Source: Azolla caroliniana (Eukaryota; Plantae; Polypodiophyta). From it: 64,000 nucleotides of DNA. Of the stretch, positions 60,984 through 64,000 are shown piece after piece. Each line of letters begins with the position of its first letter. Position 1 is the stretch's first letter. The stretch spans positions 8,990,001-9,054,000 of the forward strand of contig JBHGNT010000013.1 of assembly GCA_043228905.1 (NCBI GenBank), written 5' to 3'. The notes beneath the pieces are model-generated. The model saw only the letters and a list, made by a program, of their open reading frames with translations. It was not told the DNA's origin and did not search any database. Both the position numbers and the translations under genes were made by a program.

Positions 60984-63900
60984 TGTTACCGGCTGACGAA
61001 GAAGGCTTAAGGAGGTCCAAACCAGAGTGTGAAAGGAATAGTTATTCGGGAACTGTTGTAATTAGTAGTCTTAATATATATATATTATTATATAAGAAGA
61101 TGTGGACGGACGGACCGGAATCAGTATGCCGATCCGGATCCGGAACGATTCCGTAAAGGTGCCGTTTGGCACCGTTTTGTATTTCGCACCGGAGACCTAT
61201 ATAAAGGCCCAGTTACAATGTAATCAGGAGCGGATAATTAATAAAGCTTATTGTCTTAATCTTCAAGTGTTGATTACCGTTCTGTATTTATTGTTATATC
61301 TTACGTGTGTTAATTATGGATGGCTAAGTAATCGATTAAGGTCTAATTAAGCGTTGTGTCGTAAGTCATTCTGCCGTACCACCCTTTGGTGACGTGTCTT
61401 AAGTGGACACCCTATGTTAGGCTGTTGTCCGGCCCTAGCAATAACACAGTTTTTGGCGACCACGATTCCTGCATTATCGCAGTGAACAACGGTAGGAATG
61501 GATGACTAGGCCAACGGACGACCCGGTTACAGAGAGAGCACGAAGAATTGCTGAACGGAGACGACGGCGAGAGGCTTTTCAGCAAGCAGCGGAAGAAATC
61601 CGAACGGATCGATCATTTTCCAAAGTGATCCGGAAAGTGGCGTAGGAGTCGCTCCTTCTGCAACAAAACGCCTACCCGGACGAAGGAAGCAGCTTAAGTA
61701 GCCTCCGGGAAGCGGAAACCCTTCTCCAAGCCTTGGCCGGAAGAGAAGGCGAATCCGAAGCATTTTCAACACTGGAATCGGATTAGGAAGGGGGTTACAA
61801 CGCGCATACGAACTATCGCAGTAGTAACGACACCCCAAGAGGACCGGAGGACGAGGAGTCGGATACCTTACCGACACCGTAACCAGAGTTGGCAGACCGA
61901 GAACCTCTGGCACTCGTCGTGGAGCAACCTCTGGAGACGGAAGTGCATCGGAAAAAACTTCCAACATCGGAAGTCGAGCCGCCAACACCAAAGGAAGACC
62001 GGCAAAGATCTCAGACGCCGGTGGAATAACAGGAAAGACCACTGACACCGCCACATGGCACGCAATTCTATTATAGTACATGACCTGCACATGCGGAGGC
62101 TCAAAAAAGGCGCCAAGATGTTGAGAGAAAAACCCCCACGCATTGAGACCTTCTCCTATCGCGAACCAAGGAGAACAGACGTAGAGCGACGTGTGAAGAT
62201 AAATCGTAGAGAGCTCGCACACAGAGAACCCCCTCCCTCAGAACTTTCTCTCTCACATTCTCGCCACCATCAAACCTCTCCAATGCTCTCTGACCTCGAC
62301 GCAGAGATGGACTGCCAAACGCTGTCTGAAGCCGCCAAGAAATGGTTACAGCAGCACGGTCTGGAGGGTTTCTTAACGATCATGGAGGCAGCGCCACACA
62401 AGGAGGCCGAGAAGATTATAAAAGAAATCGACACGGAGGTGATCACGGAGGAGGCGATCCGTGCGTTAATAGGCCTTCCGGAGGGCGGTATCTACACGAT
62501 CGACAATCCTACCCCCGAGCAACTCATCAAATATTTCGGTGAGTACTCTATAGCCAGCAAGGGCTATAGGACACATGGCGGCGAAGATATGCTATTCCGG
62601 GAAATTTCCCGTGTGCTCCACGAGTTCGGCCACGTGTACCCTCGACCCCCCGTCATGCCTCAGAACCGAGCAGGCTTGATCCTCTCAACGTACGAAGGGG
62701 TCAAGGTAGATTGGCCGGTGTTGATCGCCGACAGGCTGTGTACGGCCATTGATATAGTAAGGGGAAAGGACGGCAAGGAAGGCCAGAAAATATGGCATGC
62801 GGTGACACAATGGCTCACCCTATTGGCGCCACCGGTCGAGCCCGTCCAAACCAAGAAGCGGGGAAGAGCAACGGACGGCACCCCGAAACCTGCTTCGAAA
62901 CGGCAACAACTGTTGGCCTCCAAAGCCACTAAGGGGAAGACTGCCGAAGCAGAGAAGGCGGCGAAGGAGCGCGCCAGCCGGAAGCGACCGACAGAAACGC
63001 ACGAGGAGACACCGGCACGGGCCTTGAAGAGCCCACTCCACCGACCGGCGCAACAGGAAACAAACACCTTGGCGGCAAGAATGAATGTCGGGACTCAAGC
63101 GGAAGAAATGGAGGAAGAACCTACGGAGCACCTCCAGTGGAGGCCGGTGAAGAGCACCGCTGAATCAGCCGGGAAGCATTTAGACCCACAGAAGGATGGA
63201 ACGCCCGCAACCCACGCCAAGGGAGGCATCGGAACCGGTTCGGATGGAACCGGTCACAGAAGTCCCGGCACAACAGGAAGCACCGGCAAGCCCCGTCACC
63301 CAAGAGCCGGAGATACAAAGGCCAACCGCCCCAGCTAGCCAAGAACAAGCAGATAAGGGGCGACTAGCCGAAACACCCTCAGAGCCGGAACGGCAAAGTG
63401 GTCAGCTGGCAGAACCAGAAGCGCAGCTTGACGCAGAAAGGCGAGACCAGCCACCGACGAGTGAACCCATCAGCCAACTCTCCGTGCAAGCGCAACAACA
63501 GTGCACCGGCAGCCAATGGCTCCGGTGGATAGGAGATCAAATTGCCGAAGTAGTCGGATGCATAGAGGTGGAGGAAAGAGTGCAAACGGAACGGTTGCTC
63601 GTCACAACCGATGAACTGGAGATGGCCCGGTCAAGGATCCGGTGCCTAGAACAAGACTTGGATAGGATAAGAGGAGATATGGCCAAAATGGCCTTAACCG
63701 CAACGCAGGTTCAAGCACCGGTAACTCCGGTTGATGTACAGAAGAATAAGACCCTGGAGACACAAACTGTCCTGGAGAAAGAGGCGGCGCAAACCCAAGA
63801 GCGTGCGGAATTACGAGATGAGCTCGCCGCACAAGAACCATTACGGAGCCGCGAACGCGACTTGAAGAAGGCGGCCAAAGAAGAATTAAGAAAGACTGCT

Positions 63901-64000
63901 GAGAACCTTCGCCAGAAAGAGGAAAACCTGCGTAAAGGACATCATGCTTACGACCGGCTGAAGGAGGAAAAAGAGAAAGTGCTGCAGGAAAAGGACAAGC
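60984..64000 (+). mobile_element. Athila-like family member lacking most of gag-pol; runs off the window
   Basis: 5' LTR 60984-61446; PBS TGGCGACCACGATTC at 61454; gag relic from 61502 (MTRPTDD, cf. MSRPNDD at 33747); then directly the extra ORF. Confidence 0.85.
62283..64000 (+). pseudogene. Extra ORF homolog
   Basis: YFGEYSIASKGYRTHGGEDMLFRE..YEGVKVDW..QWLTLLAPPV aligns with YFGEYSISSKAYRTQGGENLLFRE..YEGLQVDW..QWLTVLVPPV; frameshifts and stops downstream. Confidence 0.85.

Overview
A 64-kb gene-poor stack of nested retrotransposons from a plant genome. The mix of a Tcn1-like chromovirus, a tRNA-Trp-primed fungal-like gypsy and Athila-like elements suggests a non-seed plant such as a moss or fern (inference). 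No intact host gene is present. Contents: five Ty1/copia elements or fragments plus a solo LTR, a self-priming chromovirus split into pieces over 39 kb, a gypsy with a -1 frameshift pseudoknot, Athila-like elements with a large extra ORF, an L1 LINE, and a non-autonomous LTR element carrying a captured MYB gene. Two observations stand out. (1) Two LTR elements with unrelated LTRs both lack a polypurine tract. In its place they carry a conserved sense-strand copy of a tRNA-Arg 3' end finishing in CCA exactly 2 nt before the 3' LTR, i.e. a second, inverted primer-binding site. This suggests tRNA- or tRNA-mimic-primed plus-strand synthesis, and an aberrant insertion end at 43518 stops exactly at the A of that CCA. 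(2) A non-coding insertion built from a ~1.9-kb unit carries two covarying minimal hammerhead ribozymes, with Penelope/retrozyme-like architecture and a 482-bp target duplication. All alignments, counts and folds were done by eye, and tRNA and clade assignments are from memory.
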